Made by a program: the position numbers and the translations under genes. Under the pieces are notes generated by a model that was not told the DNA's origin, ran no database searches, and worked only from the letters and a program-made list of their open reading frames with translations. From positions 82,289 to 146,288 of the forward strand of contig CALLBR010000017.1 in the NCBI GenBank assembly GCA_937998865.1: a stretch of DNA of 64,000 nucleotides, given 5' to 3'. Source of the stretch: an uncultured bacterium. Lineage in GTDB: Bacteria; Nitrospirota; Thermodesulfovibrionia; Thermodesulfovibrionales; Thermodesulfovibrionaceae. Shown here piece by piece: positions 26,792-34,589 of this stretch. Position 1 is the first letter of the stretch. Each line of letters starts with the position of its first letter.

Positions 26792-27241
26792 TTATGCCTC
26801 CTTAGAAAGGCTATGCTTAGGTTTTATGCCGAAACTTTCAAAAAATTTTAATGCTGTTCCAATATGAATTAAAGAATGATCAATGAGCTGCTCGTTAATT
26901 TTTTGAATTTCTTCTATAGCAGAGAGAAATGATTTCATGATTCTATATGTTTCTATAAGAATTTCCATTTCTTCCTTTTGTCCGTCTTTAGAAAAAATTT
27001 CAATGATTTCTGATAAGGTTTTACCCTCTAATCCTTCTCTTTTTAAAAGCTTTTCTCTCTCCTTTTCCCAAAGAGAAATTTTAACTAATAAAGCCTCTTT
27101 TTCTCTTAAAATTCCCTCCAGGCCTTTGGAATCCAAAGAAACAATCGCATCTCTTTCCTTTGAAACTAAGGAATAAAGTTCTTTCAATAATTTCTTCTCT
27201 TCCTGTAAAATGTCTGCAAGCTCTTTATGCAAGCTTGTCAA
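26792..27241 (-). CDS. flgN: FlgN-family export chaperone
   Basis: 149 aa, helical. Classic flgM-flgN-flgK position. TTG start, overlapping the flgM 3' end by 17 nt. Confidence 0.7.
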   Translation of the reverse strand: MTSLHKELADILQEEKKLLKELYSLVSKERDAIVSLDSKGLEGILREKEALLVKISLWEKEREKLLKREGLEGKTLSEIIEIFSKDGQKEEMEILIETYRIMKSFLSAIEEIQKINEQLIDHSLIHIGTALKFFESFGIKPKHSLSKEA

Positions 27242-27524
27242 TTAAAGCCTCCTTAAGAATTTTCCCTGCAACTTCACTTCCTTTAACCTCATATGTGCCT
27301 GAATTTATAGCATTCTTTAATTCTTCCACCCTATCAGTTCTTATATCTGGTATATTACTTACCTCTACCATAAGTCTTGAGATCTGTTTTGCTGTCTCTG
27401 AAACTGTGACCTGATCTTTTGTTAACACCTCTTCGCTTCTTTCAGAAGCTTTGCCTTGAGTTTTTTCAGGCATCATTCCTGTATTAGGTGTAAGCCCCTC
27501 TATTCTTATAGGTCCTCCAATCAT
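27225..27524 (-). CDS. flgM: anti-sigma-28 factor FlgM
   Basis: 99 aa. C-terminal RVEELKNAINSGTYEVKGSEVAGKIL matches the FlgM sigma28-binding region. AAGGAGG SD. Confidence 0.85.
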   Translation of the reverse strand: MIGGPIRIEGLTPNTGMMPEKTQGKASERSEEVLTKDQVTVSETAKQISRLMVEVSNIPDIRTDRVEELKNAINSGTYEVKGSEVAGKILKEALIDKLA

Positions 27525-27548
27525 AAAAAACCTCCTTTTTTTTCTTTT

Positions 27549-28313
27549 TTAATAAATCGCCGATTTTTGGTAATTATTTAACACCATCAGAGGGTCTAAA
27601 GCTTTCCCATTCTTTCTTACCTCAAAATGAAGATGAGGACCTGTTGTCCTTCCTGTTGAACCTGATAAGGCAATTACTGTCTGAGAAGTAACAGTGTCTC
27701 CTACTTTTACAAGATTTTTTGAATTATGGGCATAAATTGTTTGAATCCCTCCCTCATGCTCTATAATTACACAATTACCATATCCCTTTGAATATCCTGA
27801 ATATACAACCTTACCAGATAAAAGAGGTTTAATATTAGTACCTTCTGGAACAGCTATATCAATGCCATTATGATGACGCCTTTTGCCATCCAAGGGATCA
27901 ATTCTAAAGCCAAATCTTGATGTTATGTCTCCCTTTACTGGAAGAGATAATTCATTTGGTTTAGAAAATTCACCTTCCTTTAGTTCTAATTCCATCTTCT
28001 TTTTTTGGGAGGATAAGTTTTCAGAAATTGGCTTTAACTCTATTTTTTCATTTTTTGAAATAGAGCTCATAAAATTAGGATTTTCTACTAAAAATTTTCC
28101 TATACCAATTTCTCTTTCAGCCATCATGGTGGCTATCTCAGGTATTAAAACAGTCATATAGGTTGAAATACTTCTATCTTGGGTAAGAGATGTTTCTTTC
28201 AACATTACCTTTAACATTTCTGTTAAGAAAAGTGTTTCAACCTTTTTTGAAATTTCCTTTTTTTGGGCTATAGATTCTCCTTCAAATTTTTGATAGGAAA
28301 TTTTTGATATCAT
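27549..28313 (-). CDS. FlgJ-like rod-binding domain fused to M23 metallopeptidase
   Basis: 254 aa. The N-terminal ~60 aa resemble the FlgJ rod-binding domain (…LFLTEMLKVMLKET…). The C-terminus carries M23 motifs HHNGIDIA and GPHLHFEV. Confidence 0.8.
   Translation of the reverse strand: MISKISYQKFEGESIAQKKEISKKVETLFLTEMLKVMLKETSLTQDRSISTYMTVLIPEIATMMAEREIGIGKFLVENPNFMSSISKNEKIELKPISENLSSQKKKMELELKEGEFSKPNELSLPVKGDITSRFGFRIDPLDGKRRHHNGIDIAVPEGTNIKPLLSGKVVYSGYSKGYGNCVIIEHEGGIQTIYAHNSKNLVKVGDTVTSQTVIALSGSTGRTTGPHLHFEVRKNGKALDPLMVLNNYQKSAIY
27554..27580 (-). promoter_or_regulatory. candidate sigma28 (FliA) promoter for flgMNKL-csrA-fliW
   Basis: On the minus strand: TAAA (27580..27577), a 15-nt spacer, then GGCGATTT (27561..27554), versus the consensus TAAA-N15-GCCGATAA. 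Lies in the last codons of the flgJ-like gene, about 30 nt before the flgM ATG. Confidence 0.35.
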
Positions 28314-28320
28314 CTTTCCC

Positions 28321-29418
28321 TCACATTATTATTAATTCTGCTTTTAGGGCACCTGATGTTTTTAATGCTTGGAGAATTGAGATTAAGTCCTTAGGGGTAA
28401 CTCCTAAGGCATTCAGAGCCTTTATTAATTCTCCCACTGTAGAACCTTTAACTTCTGTTAGAGAGGCTTGTTTTTCCTCTGTTTTCACTTCAGTTCTTGG
28501 AACTACTTCTGTAGTAGCTCCCCTGGGAGCTAACGGGAGGGGCTGACTTACCTCTGGAGTCTCTTTAATTGTGATGGTTAATCCTCCATGAGCCAGTGCT
28601 GTAGGAAGTATTTTTACATTTGAGCCTATTACAACAGTACCCGTTCTCTCATTTATCACAACTTTTGCAGGCACATCAGTTGTAACATCAATTTTTTCAA
28701 CTTCTGCCATAAAATCTATTATATTACCTTTAAAAGAGGAGGGAACCAGAACAGATACACTGGAGGGATCTAGAGCTTTTGCAATATTTAATCTAAATTT
28801 CTCATTTATCCCTTCAGCAATATTTTTAGCTGTAGTTATATCAGGATAATTTAATAGAAGTTGCAATTCTTCCTTATCAACAAGATTAACCGCTATAGTC
28901 TTTTCCACTAATGCACCTTCAGGGATATAGCCCACATTTTGATGATTTTTCACTGTTTGAGCAGCTCTTCCTGCTGCTATAAATCCTCCTACCGAAACAG
29001 GTCCTTGAGCTAAAGCATATACATCACCATCTGGTCCCATAAGAGGTGTAAGAAGTAAAGTACCACCTTGAAGGGATTTAGCATCTCCAATGGAAGATAC
29101 TTGCACATCTATTTTTGTGCCTGGTTTTACATTAGTAGGAAGTTTTGCAGTAACCATGACTGCTGCAACATTTTTTACCTTTCCTTTAAGATCCCTAACA
29201 TTCACAGTTATTCCCATTCTACTTAGCATGTTGGCTATAGGTTGATAGAGATATGTTCCATCTTTATCACCTGTTCCATTTAGGCCTACAACAAGTCCAT
29301 AACCAATAAGCTGATTTTCTCTTACTCCTGCCCAATTAGCTATATCTTTTATTCTCTCAGCATAGGCATTGCTCAATAAAAGAGAGACTAGAGTAAAAAC
29401 TATTGTCAATCTCTTCAT
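28321..29418 (-). CDS. flgI: flagellar P-ring protein FlgI
   Basis: 365 aa. Signal peptide, then ERIKDIANWAGVRENQLIGYGLVVGLNGTGD. Confidence 0.95.
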   Translation of the reverse strand: MKRLTIVFTLVSLLLSNAYAERIKDIANWAGVRENQLIGYGLVVGLNGTGDKDGTYLYQPIANMLSRMGITVNVRDLKGKVKNVAAVMVTAKLPTNVKPGTKIDVQVSSIGDAKSLQGGTLLLTPLMGPDGDVYALAQGPVSVGGFIAAGRAAQTVKNHQNVGYIPEGALVEKTIAVNLVDKEELQLLLNYPDITTAKNIAEGINEKFRLNIAKALDPSSVSVLVPSSFKGNIIDFMAEVEKIDVTTDVPAKVVINERTGTVVIGSNVKILPTALAHGGLTITIKETPEVSQPLPLAPRGATTEVVPRTEVKTEEKQASLTEVKGSTVGELIKALNALGVTPKDLISILQALKTSGALKAELIIM

Positions 29419-29429
29419 TTAAACCTCCC

Positions 29430-30152
29430 TTAAAAGGGCCAAATTTTATCAAGAAATCTTACAAGCCATCCTTGCGATTGTTTGTCACCAAGAGTGCCTT
29501 CACCCACAAGAAATATTTGAGCATCAGCCACATACTGGCTAAGAATCGTATTGTTTTGAGATATATCATCAGGCCTTATAATGCCTCTTAAAACAAGTAT
29601 CTCTTTTTCATTGTTTACAAAAATCTCTTTTCTTGATTCAATTACAAGATTACCATTAGGAAGGACTTCCACTACCTTAGCTGTTATGGTACCTGTAATT
29701 CTTCCAGTTCTCTGCGTGTCACCATCTCCCTTAAAATCACTTTTAGCAGCACCTTTCACAGAAGGAGAGAATACATTTCCTGCCTTGTAAAATCCATTAA
29801 TAATGGGGAGGTTTTGAATATTGAAGTCAGTATTCATCCCAAAAAATGTATCAAGACCATAATTTGTTGATGAGTCTCTGGAAGAAGAGGTAGAGGCTTT
29901 TTTCTGAGCAGAGGTTGTTTCGTTAATTATTATTGTTACAAGATCATTAATACGGCGTGCCTTTTTATCCTCAAAAAGGGAAGCTTTGCCTCTCCAAAGA
30001 GAGCCTTCTGATGCTACGAATTGTTGTGACTGTTCTGGATAATATTTAGGTGGCATTCCAGCATTTTTAACTTCTCTTACCTCTTTTAACTCAGAACAGG
30101 CATACCCCACAAGGGTGATAAGACTTAAAATGAAAATTTCTATCCTTTTCAT
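29430..30152 (-). CDS. flgH: flagellar L-ring lipoprotein FlgH
   Basis: 240 aa. Lipobox-like ...LVGYAC, and conserved SLWR...LFEDKKARRINDLVTI. Confidence 0.93.
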   Translation of the reverse strand: MKRIEIFILSLITLVGYACSELKEVREVKNAGMPPKYYPEQSQQFVASEGSLWRGKASLFEDKKARRINDLVTIIINETTSAQKKASTSSSRDSSTNYGLDTFFGMNTDFNIQNLPIINGFYKAGNVFSPSVKGAAKSDFKGDGDTQRTGRITGTITAKVVEVLPNGNLVIESRKEIFVNNEKEILVLRGIIRPDDISQNNTILSQYVADAQIFLVGEGTLGDKQSQGWLVRFLDKIWPF

Positions 30153-30817
30153 AAAAGCACCCTCACTTTATTTTTATCTATGAGTTCTCCTGCAATTTCC
30201 TTGCCAGTTTGAAGGCATTGAACTTTTACAATTTCTCCTAGAGTTCCGTCAGATTTAAGAACACCCTCTGTCATTATTGTGACTTTACCAACATTAATAA
30301 ATATATTTACAATACTCCCTTTCTTTACAGGGATTCCCCTATGAATATGATCCTCCTTTAAAATTAATCCTTGACAGATACTCCTCTTTATCACCCTTCC
30401 AATCAATTCTTCTCTGTTCAAAATTGCTCCCGAAGGTACTCTACTGGCAGGTTTTTTAATCTCTATTATATCTTCCTGCGTAATTACATCACCCCTCTTT
30501 AAATTTCTCTGAGACACATATACAGTTAAAAGTATCTCATAGTTAGCAATTGCTCTGTATTGAGTGTTTCCACAGTAAAAAGTAAATTCAATGGAACTTG
30601 GTCTCTTTATCTCTCTAATTTTTAAGCCCTTAGGAGTGCAGGTTTCAGTGGGTGAAAAACCTATGAATTTAACATCTTTTATGATCACCTCTTTTTTTAT
30701 AAACGATCTTTCCATTTCCTCTTTTATGTAAACTTTTAGAAGATTTTCATCGAAAGCATAGAGATTTGATACTAAAATTGAAATTAAAAGTAAAATCTTT
30801 ATCATGACACTTATCAT
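30149..30817 (-). CDS. flgA: flagellar P-ring assembly chaperone FlgA
   Basis: 222 aa. Signal peptide and a C-terminal SAF-type domain. Position between flgG and flgH, with ATGA overlap with flgH. Confidence 0.8.
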   Translation of the reverse strand: MISVMIKILLLISILVSNLYAFDENLLKVYIKEEMERSFIKKEVIIKDVKFIGFSPTETCTPKGLKIREIKRPSSIEFTFYCGNTQYRAIANYEILLTVYVSQRNLKRGDVITQEDIIEIKKPASRVPSGAILNREELIGRVIKRSICQGLILKEDHIHRGIPVKKGSIVNIFINVGKVTIMTEGVLKSDGTLGEIVKVQCLQTGKEIAGELIDKNKVRVLL

Positions 30818-30820
30818 TTA

Positions 30821-31609
30821 TTACCTCTTGATTGCAGAGACTGTTTGCAACATTTCATCAGAAGTCTGTACAGCTTTTGAATTAATATCAAAGGCTCTTT
30901 GAGCAATTATTAAATTGGCTAACTCTTCTACAATATTAACATTAGACATCTCAAGGAATCCTTGAACAATTGTGCCTCTTCCTTCTGTTCCTGGGGCACC
31001 CGTGGTAGTAGCTCCAGAGGCATCTGTTTCAAGAAAAAGATTCTTCCCTATGGCTTTTAATCCGCCCGGATTTATAAATCTCGCAAGCTCTATCGTTCCA
31101 ATTTCAACAGGAGCTACAGTACCTGGCTGAGTAACCGTCACTCTGCCATCTCCTCCCACTGTAATACCAGTGGCATCAGCTGGAACTGTTATTCCAGGTT
31201 CAAGAGGATATCCATCATTTGTAACAATTCTTCCATCTCTGTCTAATCGGAAATTACCAGCCCTTGTATAGGCAATGGTGCCATCAGGCAAGGTTACCTG
31301 AAAGAAACCTTCTCCATCAATAGCTAAATCAAGATTATTTCCTGTATTAATAAGATCTCCAGGAGTAAAAAACTTAGCCACTGCCACAGGTCTTACACCA
31401 AGTCCTATTTGAATTCCTGAAGGATACTGAGTTCCGTCATCTGAAGGAGCTCCAGGTTGAATCATAGTTTGATAGATCAAATCCTGAAATTCTGCTCTAC
31501 TCTTTTTAAAACCAGTTGTATTAACATTTGCCAGATTATGGGAAATCACATCCACATTAAGTTGTTGGGCATACATTCCTGTGGCTGCTGTAAATAGAGA
31601 CCTTAACAT
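30821..31609 (-). CDS. flgG: flagellar distal rod protein FlgG
   Basis: 262 aa. MLRSLFTAATGMYAQQLNVDVISHNLANVNTTGFK and the C-terminal SNVNIVEELANLIIAQRAFDINSK. Confidence 0.95.
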   Translation of the reverse strand: MLRSLFTAATGMYAQQLNVDVISHNLANVNTTGFKKSRAEFQDLIYQTMIQPGAPSDDGTQYPSGIQIGLGVRPVAVAKFFTPGDLINTGNNLDLAIDGEGFFQVTLPDGTIAYTRAGNFRLDRDGRIVTNDGYPLEPGITVPADATGITVGGDGRVTVTQPGTVAPVEIGTIELARFINPGGLKAIGKNLFLETDASGATTTGAPGTEGRGTIVQGFLEMSNVNIVEELANLIIAQRAFDINSKAVQTSDEMLQTVSAIKR

Positions 31610-31620
31610 ACTTTACCTCC

Positions 31621-32340
31621 TTAAATTCTGGCTATTTCACTTACTGCTCTTTGAGCAAGCTGGTCAAAATTAGTAGTAATTCTCTGAGCATATTCAAAAT
31701 TTCTTATTGCCTGAATCATTTGTATCAATTCATTCATTGGATTCACATTAGAACTTTCAATCCATCCTTGAAGAATTTGACCTGTGGCTTCTGGTTTTTC
31801 CTCTCCCTCGTAAAGAGAATTACCCACATGTCTTATTCCCTCAAGATTGACAATTTTAATTTTTGAGACTAAATTTCCATCTACATAAATATTCCCATCT
31901 TTTCCTATTTCTATGGTATTACCATCAATCAAAATGGGGTTATTATTCTCATCAAGAACTCTAAAACCTGACTGGTTTACCAGATAATTTTCACTATCTC
32001 TTGTAAAGGAACCATCTCTGGTATAAAAAATTCTCTGTCCCCTTTGAACTGCAAAAAAACCATCTCCTTGAATGGCAAGATCAAAGGGATTTCCTGTTTT
32101 TCTCATATTACCTTGGGATAAATCTATATATTGAGCTCCAAAATAAGTTTGTTGCCTTGCATTTTCATATAAAGCTCTTGGTTCTTTAGGTTTCCCTGAC
32201 AAAAGAGGGTATAGTTTGCTTGTAAAATTTTGCCTTTTATATCCTGTGGTGTTTATATTGGCAAGATTATTAGATACAGAGGAAAGCTCCATTTCTCTCA
32301 TGGTCATACCTGTCATTGCTATATAAATTCCCTTGTACAT
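31621..32340 (-). CDS. flgF: flagellar proximal rod protein FlgF (FlgF/FlgG family)
   Basis: Rod-protein N and C motifs. The ORF track starts at ATG 32388. I prefer ATG 32340 (MYKGIYIAMTGM...) because GGAGG lies 7 nt upstream and rod proteins normally start right at this motif. Confidence 0.85.
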   Translation of the reverse strand: MYKGIYIAMTGMTMREMELSSVSNNLANINTTGYKRQNFTSKLYPLLSGKPKEPRALYENARQQTYFGAQYIDLSQGNMRKTGNPFDLAIQGDGFFAVQRGQRIFYTRDGSFTRDSENYLVNQSGFRVLDENNNPILIDGNTIEIGKDGNIYVDGNLVSKIKIVNLEGIRHVGNSLYEGEEKPEATGQILQGWIESSNVNPMNELIQMIQAIRNFEYAQRITTNFDQLAQRAVSEIARI

Positions 32341-32376
32341 AAAGCAACCTCCTAAACAAGGACTAAACATAAGATT

Positions 32377-32392
32377 AACAAAATGCATGCCA
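32377..32392 (-). promoter_or_regulatory. candidate sigma54 promoter upstream of flgF
   Basis: Minus strand TGGCATGCATTTTGTT. The GG and the downstream TTG are at the correct -24/-12 spacing, but the -12 element is GT instead of GC. Lies about 37 nt before ATG 32340. Confidence 0.3.
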
Positions 32393-32486
32393 TGAATAAG
32401 TGGGCAAAATTACTAGTTTTCTCCTTTAAAGAAAGACGAAAAATTTGATAGGTAGGAAAATTTTTCCTTCTTAAAGCACTGAGACT

Positions 32487-32669
32487 TTACACTTCAATGT
32501 CTAATTTATGATCCTGAGAATTTTTATCTTTAGAGAGGTTTTCTTCTTTTGATTCCTGTTCTTTCTTAAATTTTTTCTTTATTTTAATTTTTGCAAAAAT
32601 TTTTCCTTCCTTTAAAGGTCTCATGTCTCTATAAGGACCTAAAGGATCTATTTTATCTTCTGCTACCAT
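32487..32669 (-). CDS. hypothetical small Lys-rich protein (60 aa)
   Basis: The ORF starts 3 nt after the HDOD stop in the same orientation. No clear SD and no recognisable family. Confidence 0.25.
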   Translation of the reverse strand: MVAEDKIDPLGPYRDMRPLKEGKIFAKIKIKKKFKKEQESKEENLSKDKNSQDHKLDIEV

Positions 32670-32672
32670 GGT

Positions 32673-33512
32673 TTAGCTTAAAAGGCTGTCTTTCTGTTTT
32701 TCAAACTGCAACTTAAATAATCCAACTAATTCATTTAAAGCCTCTTCTGAGAGATCTAAACTTTGATAGTCTACTGTAATGTTTAAAGGATGTTTTAGTC
32801 CTATGCCCAGGCTATTACAAATTTGATCAGCCACTCTAACTAAATTGGTAATATCTGCGTAAGCAAAATCCTCATATTCTGGAAAAGGATAAGTATGATG
32901 ATATGTTATAACCATTTCGAGTTTCTCAGGTAACTTCCATTTTTTTGATATTAGAGAGCCAATAATGGTATGATCAAAACTTAAGGTTTCCTCTTCTAAA
33001 TCTTTTATTGTTTTATTGCCCTCATAAATTTTTTCATAAAGGAGAGGATAAAATTCAGGCATTGAATTATTTATTATAGTTTTACCCACATCATGAATAA
33101 GTCCACATACTAAGGCTTCAGTTGGTTTAGCCAATTGAGTTATCATTGCCAAGAGACTTGAACATAAACCCACTCCAAGACTGTGTTCCCAAAGTTTTTG
33201 TTCAAAGGCTCCAAATTTTCTGTGAAGATCTCTTAAAGCTGTAGCTAAAATAAGGGATTTTAAAGTTTCAAAACCTATTAGCATGATTGCTTGTTTTATA
33301 TCTTCAATTTTCCTGTCCTGACCATAAAAGGGTGAATTAGCTATTCTTAGTAATCTTGTGACAAAACCTTGATCACGAGATATAGTGTCTTCTAAAATAC
33401 TAAGTGAAGCAAAATCGTCTTGAATCAAACTCATGACTTTCATAGCAATAGGAGGAAGAGTGGGAATATCTACGGTTTTTAAAATAATATTTTCTATAAT
33501 GTTTTCTTCCAT
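32673..33512 (-). CDS. HDOD domain protein (stand-alone), last recognisable-family gene of the che operon (only a doubtful 60-aa ORF follows)
   Basis: 279 aa. LLRIANSPFYG, LWEHSLGVGL, GLIHDVGK, and YHHTYPFPE. Paralog of 20103..20951. Confidence 0.8.
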   Translation of the reverse strand: MEENIIENIILKTVDIPTLPPIAMKVMSLIQDDFASLSILEDTISRDQGFVTRLLRIANSPFYGQDRKIEDIKQAIMLIGFETLKSLILATALRDLHRKFGAFEQKLWEHSLGVGLCSSLLAMITQLAKPTEALVCGLIHDVGKTIINNSMPEFYPLLYEKIYEGNKTIKDLEEETLSFDHTIIGSLISKKWKLPEKLEMVITYHHTYPFPEYEDFAYADITNLVRVADQICNSLGIGLKHPLNITVDYQSLDLSEEALNELVGLFKLQFEKQKDSLLS

Positions 33513-33521
33513 TACAACTCC

Positions 33522-34577
33522 TTATACGGCGTTTATAATCTCTCCTGCCATTTCTTCAAGAGAAACTATTTTATCAGCTATGCCTGCCTCCACAACTGCT
33601 CTGGGCATACCATATACTACACAAGTCTCTTCACTTTGTGCAAATACTCTGCCACCTGTTTCTTTTATTTTCTTACATCCATTTGCTCCATCATTTCCCA
33701 TTCCTGTTAAAATTACTCCAAGACTTCTTCCAGGGAAACAATCTGCTACAGATAACATTAAAGCATCTACGCTGGGACGGTATATAAAATCCTCTTTGTC
33801 TTCTGAAATAGAAACAAGAGTCTCTATGCCTCTTCTTTTAAGCCTCATATGTCCTCTACCGGGTGCAATATAAACTATGCCGGGCTTTATAGCCTCTCCT
33901 TCTTCTGCCTCTTTTACAGACAGCTGACTTAGTTGATCCAGTCTTTCAGCAAAAGGTTTTGTAAAATTAGGTGGCATGTGTTGAGCAATAACAAGAGGCA
34001 CAGGAAAATCCTTTGGTAATTTCGGGATTATTTCCTGAAGTGCCTTTGGTCCTCCAGTAGATGTTCCAATGGATACAATACCTACTTTTCTCTCTGTTGA
34101 TATTCTTGTTTTAGGAAGTTCAATTTTTGAAGGCTCACTTTTTATCTCTGTCTTTCTAACCGATGGTTTTCTCTTTATAATACCTCTTTTACCAATAGTT
34201 TTTATTTTCTCTATTAGCATTCCCTTAATCTTTACAATATTCACAGAAAGTTCTGCAAGATTCTTAGGTATAAAATCTATTGCTCCTAATTCAAGAGCTT
34301 CCAATGTAACTTTTGCTCCCTCTGTGGTAAGAGAACTTACCATAATTACAGGCACTGGACATTTACTCATTATTTCCTTCAGTGCTGTTATGCCATCCAT
34401 TCGTGGCATCTCTACATCCATTGTTACTATATCAGGTTTTAATTCCTGAATCATCTGAATAGCTTCCATCCCATCTCTTGCAGTTCCTATTACTTTTATC
34501 TCAGGATCTTCTTGAAGCATAGAGGTTAAAGCTCTTCTCATAAATGCAGAGTCATCTACTACTAAAACTTTTATCAT
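33522..34577 (-). CDS. cheB: chemotaxis response regulator protein-glutamate methylesterase CheB
   Basis: 351 aa. Receiver domain (VLVVDDS...TMDVEMP) plus a methylesterase domain (GTSTGGPKAL, GMGNDG). Confidence 0.95.
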   Translation of the reverse strand: MIKVLVVDDSAFMRRALTSMLQEDPEIKVIGTARDGMEAIQMIQELKPDIVTMDVEMPRMDGITALKEIMSKCPVPVIMVSSLTTEGAKVTLEALELGAIDFIPKNLAELSVNIVKIKGMLIEKIKTIGKRGIIKRKPSVRKTEIKSEPSKIELPKTRISTERKVGIVSIGTSTGGPKALQEIIPKLPKDFPVPLVIAQHMPPNFTKPFAERLDQLSQLSVKEAEEGEAIKPGIVYIAPGRGHMRLKRRGIETLVSISEDKEDFIYRPSVDALMLSVADCFPGRSLGVILTGMGNDGANGCKKIKETGGRVFAQSEETCVVYGMPRAVVEAGIADKIVSLEEMAGEIINAV

Positions 34578-34589
34578 CTTTGCTGCTCC

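Noticed and set aside
32341-32388. Long N-terminal extensions offered by the ORF track: flgF from 32388, cheY from 37950, SapC-like from 12614, trpC from 51662, and the FlhB-CC paralog from 51933.
   Set aside because: The track takes the longest ATG/GTG/TTG ORF. In each case a downstream ATG has a better SD or an ATGA coupling, and it restores the N-terminus typical of the family.
33433-33873. 146-aa plus-strand ORF overlapping the HDOD and cheB genes. Similar antisense ORFs occur at 34069..34449, 36285..36515, 36810..37211, 39894..40097 and 40884..41087.
   Set aside because: Each lies entirely antisense to a confidently identified gene. The translations are low-complexity and S/I/F/L-rich, as expected from the reverse complement of AT-rich, K/E-rich coding sequence. 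None has an SD or a recognisable motif.
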